Below, one piece after another: positions 24,403-34,669 of a DNA stretch of 54,622 bases. The notes beneath the pieces are model-generated. The model was not told where the DNA came from, did no database searches, and saw only the letters and a list, made by a program, of their open reading frames with translations. The translations under genes and the position numbers were made by a program. The stretch's first letter is position 1, and the number at the start of each line of letters is the position of its first letter. The DNA comes from Nemertoderma westbladi. Lineage: Eukaryota > Animalia > Xenacoelomorpha. Location: positions 1 to 54,622 of the forward strand of contig JAUCBJ010001092.1 in the NCBI GenBank assembly GCA_032718475.1. Direction: 5' to 3'.

Positions 24403-27400
24403 ATGTTTGGATCTATAAATACTGGCCCTAGTGCATTTGGAGGAACTCCTAGTTCTGGGTTTGGAAGTTTTGCGCAGCCTACATTTGGACAACAAGCAGC
24501 TACATCTACATCAAACTTTGGTGGTTTTGGAACAACTGGGTTTGGCCAACCCACTGCCGTGGCAGGTAGTATGTTTGGGTCAAATCAAGCTGCAGCAGCT
24601 CCTAGTGCTGCTGCCAACCCATTTGGTGGGTCTTCATTTGGAGCTCCCAGGCCCCAGTTAAGTGGTAATACTGGAGGCCTATTTGCTACTGGTAATCAAA
24701 CAGGTGGAGCAGGGCTTTTTGGTAACATTGCTCAACCAACTCCAACAAATGTCGGTTTATTTGGACAGCAAAAACCTTTTGGTTTCAGCTCCACAGCTCA
24801 ACCAACTGCGGTTAGCAATGCCGGCAGTGGACTTTTCGGCACACAATCTGCGCAAGGGATGTCTTTTGGATCCACTCCATCTTCTACAACTAACTTATTT
24901 GGAACCCAAAGCTCCTTTCAGAATGCTCCTATTGGAACAACTGTGAAATTTCAACCTCAACAAGGGACTGAACAAATAATGAAAAATGGCATGCAGGCTA
25001 CTATTCAAACGAGAATGCAATGCGTAACAGGTATGAAAGAGTATGAAGCAAAATCTATTGAAGAGCTTCGTCTTGAAGATTATGCTGCAAATAGGAAGGG
25101 TGGCGGCGGTACGATAGGGGGAGGTTTATTCGGCGCTTCTCAGCCGAGTTTTTCTGGAATGGGAACTGCAGAAATCAAACCAATGGGTGTTGCCCAGCCA
25201 ATGGCGTTCGGGAGTACGTTGCAAACGGGAACTAATATGTTTGGCGCCGCTTCTGGGACATCTTCGTTGTTTGGAAACAAATCTGTCTTCGGTGGCACGA
25301 GCACCACAGCAACACCATCTTTTGGGATTCCAACCTCAACCTCAGCAAGTGGCAGTTTATTTGGAATGTCGCAGTCTCAAAACAAACCTCTTTTTGGGCA
25401 ACAAACGGGCAGTGGTCTGTTTGGGCAGCAACCTCCTCAGCAAACATCTTTTGGCTCAGCATTCAACCCCGGGACATCGACGTCTGCTGGTTTGTTTGGA
25501 ACTGCGAAGCCTGCATTCGGCGCTGGAACCACAACATCATCTGCTCCATTGTTCAACTTTGCCAACACAACTTCACAGGCATCTGCGCCGAGCCTTTTTG
25601 GCAATAAATCCACATCAAATTTCGGGTTTGCTCAACCGAATACGGGAGGCTTTGGCAGTCAAGCGAATGCTGCTACAGGTTTATTTGGAAATAAACTGCA
25701 AAGTGGTTTTGGATTTACCAGTAACACAAACCAGCCGGCGTTTGGCACAGGGACATTCAACTTTTCTAATCAAACAGGTGCTGGGTTTGGCCAAGGCCAA
25801 GGGTTATTCGGTCCAGGTAAGCCAAACTCGTTTGAAACGCCGCCACAGGATGAGCACAAGCAGCAAATCAGATTGCAACTCCTACAGATGTCGATGAACC
25901 CTTATGGGGATTCACCGTTGTTTCAAAATATGGGAGAGGCGACTGACCGTAGAGAGAATTTGTTGAAACCCATATCAGCCTTAGCGCAAAAATCTATAAT
26001 CAGCCCAGCCACCACGCCTATCCATCTATTTCCTAAAGTGAAAAGAATTCCGGTTGCAAATGTTGGCACAGCTAGATTATTTGATGATCACAGTGAGGTG
26101 GATGGTACTCCATTCTATAACCAGGCTCTCATTCCAAGGAGAAGCTACACAAAACTGACATTGAAGCCAAGGGGTTCATCATCAAGCGACCCGGCTATAC
26201 GTCGAGCGTTATCTGATGACGAAAATATCGTGGCGGATGTTCCATCGTCGACAGTTTTAGCTTCGCAGTCTTTTCCTAATTTAGCAGCTGATGACATTGC
26301 TAACCCAACACCTACCAGTATGTCTATCGCTTCACCTACAGGTGCCACGCCTCAGCCTGTTGGCAGTTCTACTAAAATTCTGGAATCTCCAATGTCTGCT
26401 ACCTATATAATTCCGACAGTAAGACGGTCGAGTAGTGATTGTGAAGGTCTTGATAACCAAAGTACAAAGAAAGTGGTTCGTTTTGACGATGACCCTGATT
26501 CGAGATGTCACAGTACTCACAGTGACTCTGCTACAACCAACGAAGGCGATGTCGGCTCCTTTCAGGATGAATCTGATTTGGTTTCATTCTCCAATCCCGG
26601 TGGTGTTATATTGCGACGTAGTGGCTACTACACCGACCCGCCGCTGGATACTCTAGTAGTAGATGGAAACGGCAAGTGTGAAGTCGACGGTCTCGTAATC
26701 GGCCGTGAGAACTATGGGACTGTTTATTTCCCTGGAATAACTGACGTAACCAATATGAATCTGGATGAGATAATTCACTTTCGAAGAAAAGAAGTAACTG
26801 TATACCCTGATGACGTCACCAAACCAAAACGAGGATATGGTCTTAATAAACGTGCTGAGATTACATTGCATTGTTGTTGGCCGAGAGATAAAACGAGCAA
26901 GCAACTAATTAAAGACCCAAATCGTTTAAAGTCAATGAATTATCAGGATAAAATAGAGCAAGCGTCGTTGAAGATCGGGGCTAAGTTCATTGATTATCGT
27001 CCGGAGACCGGGAGCTGGGTGTTCGAAGTCGATCATTTTTCTAAATACGGGTTGCAGGACAGTGAGGATGACGAGGTTACCACAGCGACTGTTACAAAGA
27101 AGGTAATTGCGACGGATAATCTGGTGCAAAAAACGAAATTGTCGTTGTCTGGAATTACGGGTAATGGGCTAGACTTACCGGACAGTAGTGCAGAGGGGGA
27201 GCCATTAAGTAAACATATTGGATTCGATGGCGACACAGAAATGACGGATGACGTCATAAATCACAATGACGATATCTCCAGCGAGTTTAATGATAGTGAT
27301 GTGGATAGGTATCAGTTTAATTTTAGCCACAATATCGTGTCGACTTTCGATATTCCTTCGGAGAAGGTTCAGCTGATGAAGGCATCGATGTTTGTAGACG

Positions 27401-29721
27401 AAGATAACGACAACCTACCCGATACTTACCAACCCAAACAGAAACTATCCCGTTACGTCATCAACGTAGATAATTACCAGCCAATGGAAACTAACCGACA
27501 AGATCATTCGTTTTTATTAAAAGAGGCAAATGGAGGTTCTTTTCCAGAGGAAGATTACAGTGTGTCAGCGAGGTTCGCTGCATCAACTGAGTTGAGTTTC
27601 CCTGGCCTCCTCCCCACGCAACCAACAGCTAAGATGCCATTAAACCTCCCAACGTCAATAAAGACCACCAATGAAGCAGACACAGTTCTAGTAACAAACA
27701 CGCTCTCGAGAGTTGCTAAGGCCCCGTATGCCGAATCTTTCATTCGCGGTAAAGAACACAACATCGCGGATCTGGGTCTGTTCCTCGGTTCAACTTCGCG
27801 ATTCGGTTGGGGACAACAACTTCAATTAGTTTGCGCTACCAGTGACGCAACTCCCGATCAAAGCCGTAGTATTCTCTACCGGTATGACGAACATAAAGAA
27901 ACAGCAGGTTATACCGCCTGTCTTATGGATATGACATCAGCAACTTTTCACAGCGAACCGGCACTAACGAATGTCGTATCATTGTTGAAGATAGTATTGA
28001 ACCACAGCGTTAGAACGCCATCGGCGTTGTATCCCGTGTTTATTGTTAGTCAAACATCCGATCTTATTCAGGAGCTGGTTGTCAGCATTAACTCGATGCC
28101 GAAGGTAAAGGGGTTGTTTGGTGAGCTCGATGCTATGATGGGACTATGTATGGCCTTGTGGGGATCGTTGCCTTCTGAAATTGAGAAACATTACTCGAAA
28201 AGTTCCTACAATTATCAGGATGCCAGAAGGGAAGCTTTTTCGAAATGGTTGCAGACGTGTTCCGCCTCAAATATACACCAGGAAATTGTTAATTCTGCAT
28301 TGGAATGTCCTTTACAGATTTTTAGCTACTTAACCGGAAAGCAACTGGGGAATGCCTGTAAAACGGCGCAGGACAACGGGTATCTCCATCTGGCGCTGCT
28401 TCTCAGTCAGGTGGGAGGATCGCACACAAACAGACAGTACATATTGGATCAGTTGCAGGACTGGGCCAAAACGCGCGCCGACAAATTCATTTCCGAAGAT
28501 GTGATTAAGATATACGCAACATTGGCGGGAACGCCGTACATGGAGACGTCCAATGGCGCGCAGATTAACGCGTGCGCCGGCTTGGATTGGAGGCGCGCCT
28601 TCTCCTTGCACATGTGGTACGTATGTCCTGCGACCGCCTCCATAGAACAGTGTTTGGAGGAGTACAGGAAAGCTTTCTGCGGGAGCGACGTTGTCTACGC
28701 TAGACCCCCGTTACCTACCTACTTTGCTCAGTCAGCCGAGATCTCAATGACACCCGTAATCTCCAACAGTATGTGGGACACTTGCTTCCATCTTATAGCT
28801 TTGTATTGCGATAATTCATATAAGTTGGATCTCGTTGTAGACAACACCGGACACACCGACAATCCTCTGGATTTTCATATTTCCTGGGTGCTGAGCAAGG
28901 TTCTGGAGTCGATAGGATATCGACATTTCTCGGATTCGACGAAATCCAACATCAGTATGGGCTTTGTATCGCAGTTGGAGGGTTGCGGGATGTGGGAATG
29001 GGCCGTGTTCGTGGCGCTACACAATGAGAGAGCGGATAGGCGTTCGGTTGTCGAGGCATTATTGGAGCACAACTGCACCGCGGCCGAGAGCTTCAACCCT
29101 AAAGAGGAGTTTGTCGTCGATACCTTGGGCGTCTCCTCAGAGCGTATCTACAAAGCGAAGGCCCACAGAGCCGAGTACGATGGTGAGTACCTCTTAGCAA
29201 CCAAGCACTACCTGTCAGCCAAGGATTACAACAGATGCCACGAAGTTCTATTAGATAGACTGATCCCTACCGCTATGATTAGCGGCGAGTACTCTACTGT
29301 CCATCAGCTTCTTGTATCCTTGAACGAAGACCACAGACGGGTTTCTATCAGCAACTGGAACGGTGGTGGGAAAGTTTATTTTGACTTCCTGAACATTATG
29401 GCGAGTATCCATGAGCTGAAGACTTCGGGAATCTGCGAGGCCGACTTGGAGGGATTGTTCGTTCGCGTTACGGAACTCGCCCGAGCCGTGTCGTCATTAC
29501 CGCCTCCTAAATCGCCGCGGGAACAGCTGTGTTATGCCGAACTGGCTAGTCGCGCGATCAGCGGTATAAACGGATTGGTTGAACTATTGGATTGGGAGAG
29601 CGACACAAAGGGTTGTCAGTTTATGCTGCCCATCATTCAGTGCCAAACTGTGCCGAGCGATATCTCCCTCGGCGTCTTGGAATCTGTTAATTCGTATTGT
29701 ATATCTGACCTTTTGGCTTAA
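24403..29721 (+). CDS. NUP98: Nuclear pore complex protein Nup98-Nup96 precursor (single exon)
   Basis: N-terminal GLFG/SLFG/FG repeats; GLEBS motif GTTVKF…CVTGMKEYEAKSIEELRLEDY; NPYGDSPLF; autoproteolytic domain ending GSWVFEVDHF|SKYGL (HFS at 27034-27042); Nup96 domain (LDWRRAFSLHMWY, QLEGCGMWEWAVFV). ATG 24403 (MFGS…) is preferred over TTG 24343. Confidence 0.97.
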   Translation: MFGSINTGPSAFGGTPSSGFGSFAQPTFGQQAATSTSNFGGFGTTGFGQPTAVAGSMFGSNQAAAAPSAAANPFGGSSFGAPRPQLSGNTGGLFATGNQTGGAGLFGNIAQPTPTNVGLFGQQKPFGFSSTAQPTAVSNAGSGLFGTQSAQGMSFGSTPSSTTNLFGTQSSFQNAPIGTTVKFQPQQGTEQIMKNGMQATIQTRMQCVTGMKEYEAKSIEELRLEDYAANRKGGGGTIGGGLFGASQPSFSGMGTAEIKPMGVAQPMAFGSTLQTGTNMFGAASGTSSLFGNKSVFGGTSTTATPSFGIPTSTSASGSLFGMSQSQNKPLFGQQTGSGLFGQQPPQQTSFGSAFNPGTSTSAGLFGTAKPAFGAGTTTSSAPLFNFANTTSQASAPSLFGNKSTSNFGFAQPNTGGFGSQANAATGLFGNKLQSGFGFTSNTNQPAFGTGTFNFSNQTGAGFGQGQGLFGPGKPNSFETPPQDEHKQQIRLQLLQMSMNPYGDSPLFQNMGEATDRRENLLKPISALAQKSIISPATTPIHLFPKVKRIPVANVGTARLFDDHSEVDGTPFYNQALIPRRSYTKLTLKPRGSSSSDPAIRRALSDDENIVADVPSSTVLASQSFPNLAADDIANPTPTSMSIASPTGATPQPVGSSTKILESPMSATYIIPTVRRSSSDCEGLDNQSTKKVVRFDDDPDSRCHSTHSDSATTNEGDVGSFQDESDLVSFSNPGGVILRRSGYYTDPPLDTLVVDGNGKCEVDGLVIGRENYGTVYFPGITDVTNMNLDEIIHFRRKEVTVYPDDVTKPKRGYGLNKRAEITLHCCWPRDKTSKQLIKDPNRLKSMNYQDKIEQASLKIGAKFIDYRPETGSWVFEVDHFSKYGLQDSEDDEVTTATVTKKVIATDNLVQKTKLSLSGITGNGLDLPDSSAEGEPLSKHIGFDGDTEMTDDVINHNDDISSEFNDSDVDRYQFNFSHNIVSTFDIPSEKVQLMKASMFVDEDNDNLPDTYQPKQKLSRYVINVDNYQPMETNRQDHSFLLKEANGGSFPEEDYSVSARFAASTELSFPGLLPTQPTAKMPLNLPTSIKTTNEADTVLVTNTLSRVAKAPYAESFIRGKEHNIADLGLFLGSTSRFGWGQQLQLVCATSDATPDQSRSILYRYDEHKETAGYTACLMDMTSATFHSEPALTNVVSLLKIVLNHSVRTPSALYPVFIVSQTSDLIQELVVSINSMPKVKGLFGELDAMMGLCMALWGSLPSEIEKHYSKSSYNYQDARREAFSKWLQTCSASNIHQEIVNSALECPLQIFSYLTGKQLGNACKTAQDNGYLHLALLLSQVGGSHTNRQYILDQLQDWAKTRADKFISEDVIKIYATLAGTPYMETSNGAQINACAGLDWRRAFSLHMWYVCPATASIEQCLEEYRKAFCGSDVVYARPPLPTYFAQSAEISMTPVISNSMWDTCFHLIALYCDNSYKLDLVVDNTGHTDNPLDFHISWVLSKVLESIGYRHFSDSTKSNISMGFVSQLEGCGMWEWAVFVALHNERADRRSVVEALLEHNCTAAESFNPKEEFVVDTLGVSSERIYKAKAHRAEYDGEYLLATKHYLSAKDYNRCHEVLLDRLIPTAMISGEYSTVHQLLVSLNEDHRRVSISNWNGGGKVYFDFLNIMASIHELKTSGICEADLEGLFVRVTELARAVSSLPPPKSPREQLCYAELASRAISGINGLVELLDWESDTKGCQFMLPIIQCQTVPSDISLGVLESVNSYCISDLLA

Positions 29722-29861
29722 TAACTAACTTTTCGTTTCGCTGTACTAACAGAAACAAATGTTCCGTTGCACCGCTATTGTCCCGCTAAATTTTATAAGA
29801 TTTCATTTTTTAATAACTCACTGAGATCTCGTGGTGTAAAACCCATTTTAGCTTAAATTTT

Positions 29862-31104
29862 GGTCTAGGTGACGATTATTTTGGTTGCCGTGGAAACTTC
29901 GTATATTTATTTATATTTTTTTCCGCAATTTTCCCAGTTTTGTTACCTAGTTCAACAGACACGTGGTTCTAGGTCATTTGGTTCTATATAACGTGGTTCT
30001 AGATCACGTGGTTCTTGGTCACGTGGTTTTAGATAACGTGGTTCTAACGTCACGTGGTTCTAACGTCACGTGGTTCTAGGTCACGTGGTTCTAACGTCAC
30101 GTGGTTCTAACGTCACGTGGTTCTAACGTCACGTGGTTCTAGGTCACGTGGTTCTAGCGTCACGTGGTTCTAGGTCACGTGGTTCTAGGTCACGTGGTTC
30201 TAGGTCACGTGGTTCTAGGTCACGTGGTTCTAGGTCACGTGGTTCTAGGTCACGTGGTTCTAGGTCACGTGGTTCTAGGTCACGTGGTTCTAACGTCACG
30301 TGGTTCTAGGTCACGTGGTTCTAGGTCACGTGGTTCTAGGTCACGTGGTTCTAGGTCACGTGGTTCTAGGTCACGTGGTTCTAGGTCACGTGGTTCTAGG
30401 TCACGTGGTTCTAGGTCACGTGGTTCTAGGTCACGTGGTTCTAACGTCACGTGGTTCTAGGTCACGTGGTTCTAACGTCACGTGGTTCTAGATCACGTGG
30501 TTCTAACGTCACGTGGTTCTAGGTCACGTGGTTCTAGGTCACGTGGTTCTAGGTCACGTGGTTCTAGGTCACGTGGTTCTAGGTCACGTGGTTCTAGGTC
30601 ACGTGGTTCTAGGTCACGTGGTTCTAGGTCACGTGGTTCTAGGTCACGTGGTTCTAACGTCACGTGGTTCTAACGTCACGTGATTCTAACGTCACGTGGT
30701 TCTAGGTCACGTGGTTCTAACGTCACGTGGTTCTAGGTCACGTGGTTCTAGGTCACGTGGTTCTAGATCACGTGGTTCTAGGTCACGTGGTTCTAGGTCA
30801 CGTGGTTCTAGGTCACGTGGTTCTAGGTCACGTGGTTCTAGGTCACGTGGTTCTAGGTCACGTGGTTCTAGGTCATGTGGTTCTAGGTCACGTGGTTCTA
30901 GGTCACGTAGTTCTAATGTCACTTGGTTTGACTAAGAGATATTGAAAGAGATTTAAGTTGGTTGGTGAATTTAATATTTACGCTGTGACGCATTTCCTTA
31001 ATTAATTAAGATTAAATATTCTAAGTTATCACATAAGTAAAGCTGTGATGACATTGAGATAAATGTATGTTTCCATGGCAACCAAGTTATTCGTCACTCA
31101 GATC
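29862..31104. mobile_element. Degenerate inverted-repeat-bounded element enclosing the E-box minisatellite
   Basis: 29862-29897 and 31069-31104 are inverted repeats (29/36 identical), each containing an X-box-like gttgccRtggaaac. Weaker similarity extends outward. No TSD was resolved. Confidence 0.55.
29960..30925. repeat. 15/16-bp minisatellite, ~60 copies, most units containing CACGTG
   Basis: Units ggtcacgtggttcta and acgtcacgtggttcta. Confidence 0.97.
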
Positions 31105-31506
31105 AACATCTAAGTTATGGTATTGGCTTTTAGAACATACGAAAAAGTCGGATTTTCGTTCGGCGAGTTATCTGGACATCCTGTATATCAGTTTATTTTT
31201 ATTAAAACTCGTCCAAAGTAACGGGATTCCGTTGCGGCAAAACGGGATTCCAGCAAAAATATAAACCCGATCCCGATACTAATCCCGAAAGAGTGAAGAA
31301 AAATATAATTATTTTTTTAATATTGTCAATAATTATTGAATTGGTTATTGAATTTATGTATAATTAATATATCAACCTATTTCTGTAGTCAAGAAGTGAT
31401 TGAATGTGTCCACAATACCTAATCATACGACTTACGTCGACTAAATACTGAGAACTTTCAGATAATAAATCAATTTTATGAAAAATGTTAAAAACTCTTT
31501 CCCCAA

Positions 31507-31988
31507 GACTGAGATTCCGATTCAGCATCAGTCGACTGAGATTCCGAATCAGCATCAGTCGACTGAGATTCCGATTCAGCATCAGTCGACTGAGATTCCG
31601 ATTCAGCATCAGTCGACTGAGATTCCGATTCAGCATCAGTCGACTGAGATTCCGATTCAGCATCAGTCGACTGAGATTCCGATTCAGCATTAGTCGACTG
31701 AGATTCCGATTCAGCATCAGTCGACTGAGATTCCGATTCAGCACCAGTCGACTGAGATTCCGATTCAGCACCAGTCGACTGAGATTCCGATTCAGCATCA
31801 GTCGACTGAGATTCCGATTCAGCATCAGTCGACTGAGATTCCGATTCAGCATCAGTCGACTGAGATTCCGATTCAGCATCAGTCGACTGAGATTCCGATT
31901 CAGCACCAGTCGACTGAGATTCCGATTCAGCATCAATCGACTGAGATTCCGATTTAGCATCAGTCGTGTGAGATTCCGATTCAGCACC
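31507..31988. repeat. 27-bp minisatellite, ~18 copies
   Basis: Unit gactgagattccgattcagcatcagtc. Most junctions form the 12-bp palindrome tcagtcgactga. Confidence 0.97.
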
Positions 31989-33321
31989 AAATAAAAAAAA
32001 ATGTTTGTGTTTAAAATGTGTGTAAAAAAAACTTTATTGTTATACTCTATGTTATACGGCTTTCCTTTAATTACTAAGTTATTCAATATTGATTATAAAA
32101 ATATATCACAAATTTAATTGTCTCGTAGGTAATTGGTCGCAGATTTAGAAGTCGTATACTTTTGTATAAAATAGAAACTATTTACATTTAAATTTGAAAT
32201 TTTCTCGTAGATGTTTGTTAAAAATAATGTTTGAATTTCGGATAATATATTTATTTTCAATTAAGGCAGGGAATCGGCACAGTGGGAGGGGTGGTAACCC
32301 CAATCACGGTTATCAAGTCAAATTTAAGTTAAAATTTAAAGAAACAAGTTAAATAAAAGCATCAATTCTGGTACTCTTTCATTCATTCATTACAATCCGG
32401 CACAAGGCCCCAGTGGATTTAATCGAAATAAGGGTCCGAAAATATAAGTTTGAGCATAAGATTGTGACTGCACTTAAAAAGTGTTATATATCTCCATACA
32501 CAAATACAATTAATTATTTAAATAATACTTTTTATTCTGAAATGTAAATATTATATAACTCTGTAGGTATAATGGGATATGTTGAATTTGTAAAAAGGGT
32601 GACATTCTGGGACGATTGATGATACTTTTTCAATTGATATGTTTTCGTAATTTAATACATTAATATTATGTTGTTCATAGAATTCAATGTTCGTACTTGA
32701 TAACATTATAGTTATCAATTTAAACACATCGCACTGAACGTTTTACATTACAAGACTTCCAATAAATACACGTTCGTGGTGCCTTCGCGCAGTACGAGAC
32801 TCACTTAACCTGAGAAGCTGTACCAATGCGTACCAACAATTTCAGCAATGATTGGCCAACGACTTATTTCGGTTTTTAACAAAGGTATGAAACTACCGGT
32901 ACCGACAGATAGACTGTCTGGTTTTTAACCAAACTTCCGAATCTTTCTAAACTTTTGGCAGACCACATGTTTACCAAGTTTGGTTTAATTTTATCAATGA
33001 TTGACAGACTTATTTCGGTTTTTATCAAAACTCTGAAACTACCGGTGCCGACTGACAGGCTGTGTGATTTTTTAACAAACTGATTCTTTCTAAACTTTTC
33101 ACGGACTACATACGTACCAAGTTGAATTAAAATACTAAAAGTATGCCATATTAAGGCGTCGCTCACTTCTTGGCTCGCCCCACATTTTTATAATTAAGGG
33201 TAATTAATAGGAACATATGATTAATATATTGACTTATAATGGTTCTCCGTAGATTTCAAATGTGAGACAGTGTTGGAGCCATTTGCGGATTGGTGGGGAA
33301 ACTGCAACTGTAATCGGTTTA

Positions 33322-33975
33322 GGGGGGGGGGGGGGGGGGGGGGGGTATAGTAATTTTACAACGATTTGGTGGGTTTTATGTATTCAGCGTGTAACTTTTG
33401 AAGATATGAATGCTTTTTCTTGAATATGGTCTCATTTCAAAGCTAAAAGATGGGTCATTAACTTAACAAAAAAATTTGAAAGAGGAAATTTGAAACACAG
33501 ATAGTTTCACTCAACTCCTCCTGGGTGGGTGAGCCACAATAATTAACGTAATTAGCTTAATTATGCATAAATTAACATAATTAATGAGGACAAATTACGA
33601 AACAGTAGAAACACGATTTCTCATTTAGTTCTCAATGGATTTTTTAAATTCTTTTTTTGTTTTAATGAGAATTATACCCGCATCAAAGTGAACGAGCAGA
33701 ATTTTTCTAAACCTCACAGTTTTGGAATTATATCAAATTTTGTGACGTTTCGATGAAAAATTTTTGAAAAAAGTCACCTTGTAACGTGTTTCCCATTTAT
33801 TAATATGTTCAAAAAATAGTTTTGAGTGAAATCGCTTTAAAGTTCGGTTTTAATAATTCAAACCTTTCCGCCATTTTTAGTAATATGGATTTTTTTCCCT
33901 TTTCCTTTGTAGTATTTTTCAAATCAATCTTTGGTGCCAATTTTGTACCCCCCCCCCCCCCCCCCCCCCCCCCCC
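33322..33975. mobile_element. Kolobok-like non-autonomous element
   Basis: ttta|G-run-gtata at the left and gtac-C-run|ttaa at the right. An internal ~50-bp block (aaatttgaaacacagatagttYcactcaactcctcctgggtgggtgagcca) recurs at ~34350. Confidence 0.4.
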
Positions 33976-34669
33976 TTAAGGCTCAGTCTCGGTCACAAAA
34001 CTCTGTTTGAGGTATGGAATATATGTTTTTTTTCCAGCTTAAACAGATTAAGATCAACGAGATGTGGAAGGTTATCACTTTCAGACATTTTGCCCTCTAG
34101 CGGCTGGCTGGAAAACTGCAGAAGGATTAACCTCCTTTGAAAGACATAGCTGATGGTCTAGTAGGCCTACATATCTGCCAAGTTCCAGCTTGAACGGATT
34201 AAATGAAAAATACGAGGACATTTAATGTTTAGACATGTAGCCCCCTAGCGGCCGATTCAAAGATTAGACAAACACATGTCCTGGAATATAGTGTCTTTAT
34301 TATGGTACCTGGACCCTTCCATTTCTACAAATCTTAATGAGATTGCATGAAATTTGAAACACAGATAGTTCCACTCAACTCCTCCTGGGTGGGTGAGCCA
34401 AACCTTATACTATAGTAGTGAAAGCTGGCCATGCAAGGATTCCAAATACTGTAGGTAAAAACATTTGAATTTGGTTGGGAAATAGTTGAGATATGGGCAT
34501 TCGAATGTTGCATGTATTAACATTCTGGAACAATTTGTTTATCTGTGGTACAGTAGTCCTCTAAACATATGGTCACAAGTCACTAAATATATTCTGCCAA
34601 ATTTAATATACAGTAGTTCCCAACTATCTAAAAAAATTACATTCTGGATTTTGTGTCTTAAATATATTA

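Noticed and set aside
30164-32086. RS-rich, (VVLGH)n and (LNRNLSRLM)n ORFs
   Set aside because: They are translations of the 15-bp and 27-bp arrays.
34486-34669. N-terminal part of the 240-aa ORF as RT sequence
   Set aside because: RT similarity starts only at ~KPLPKKGD. The upstream part and the tail after 35121 are read-through into unrelated DNA and the MITE.
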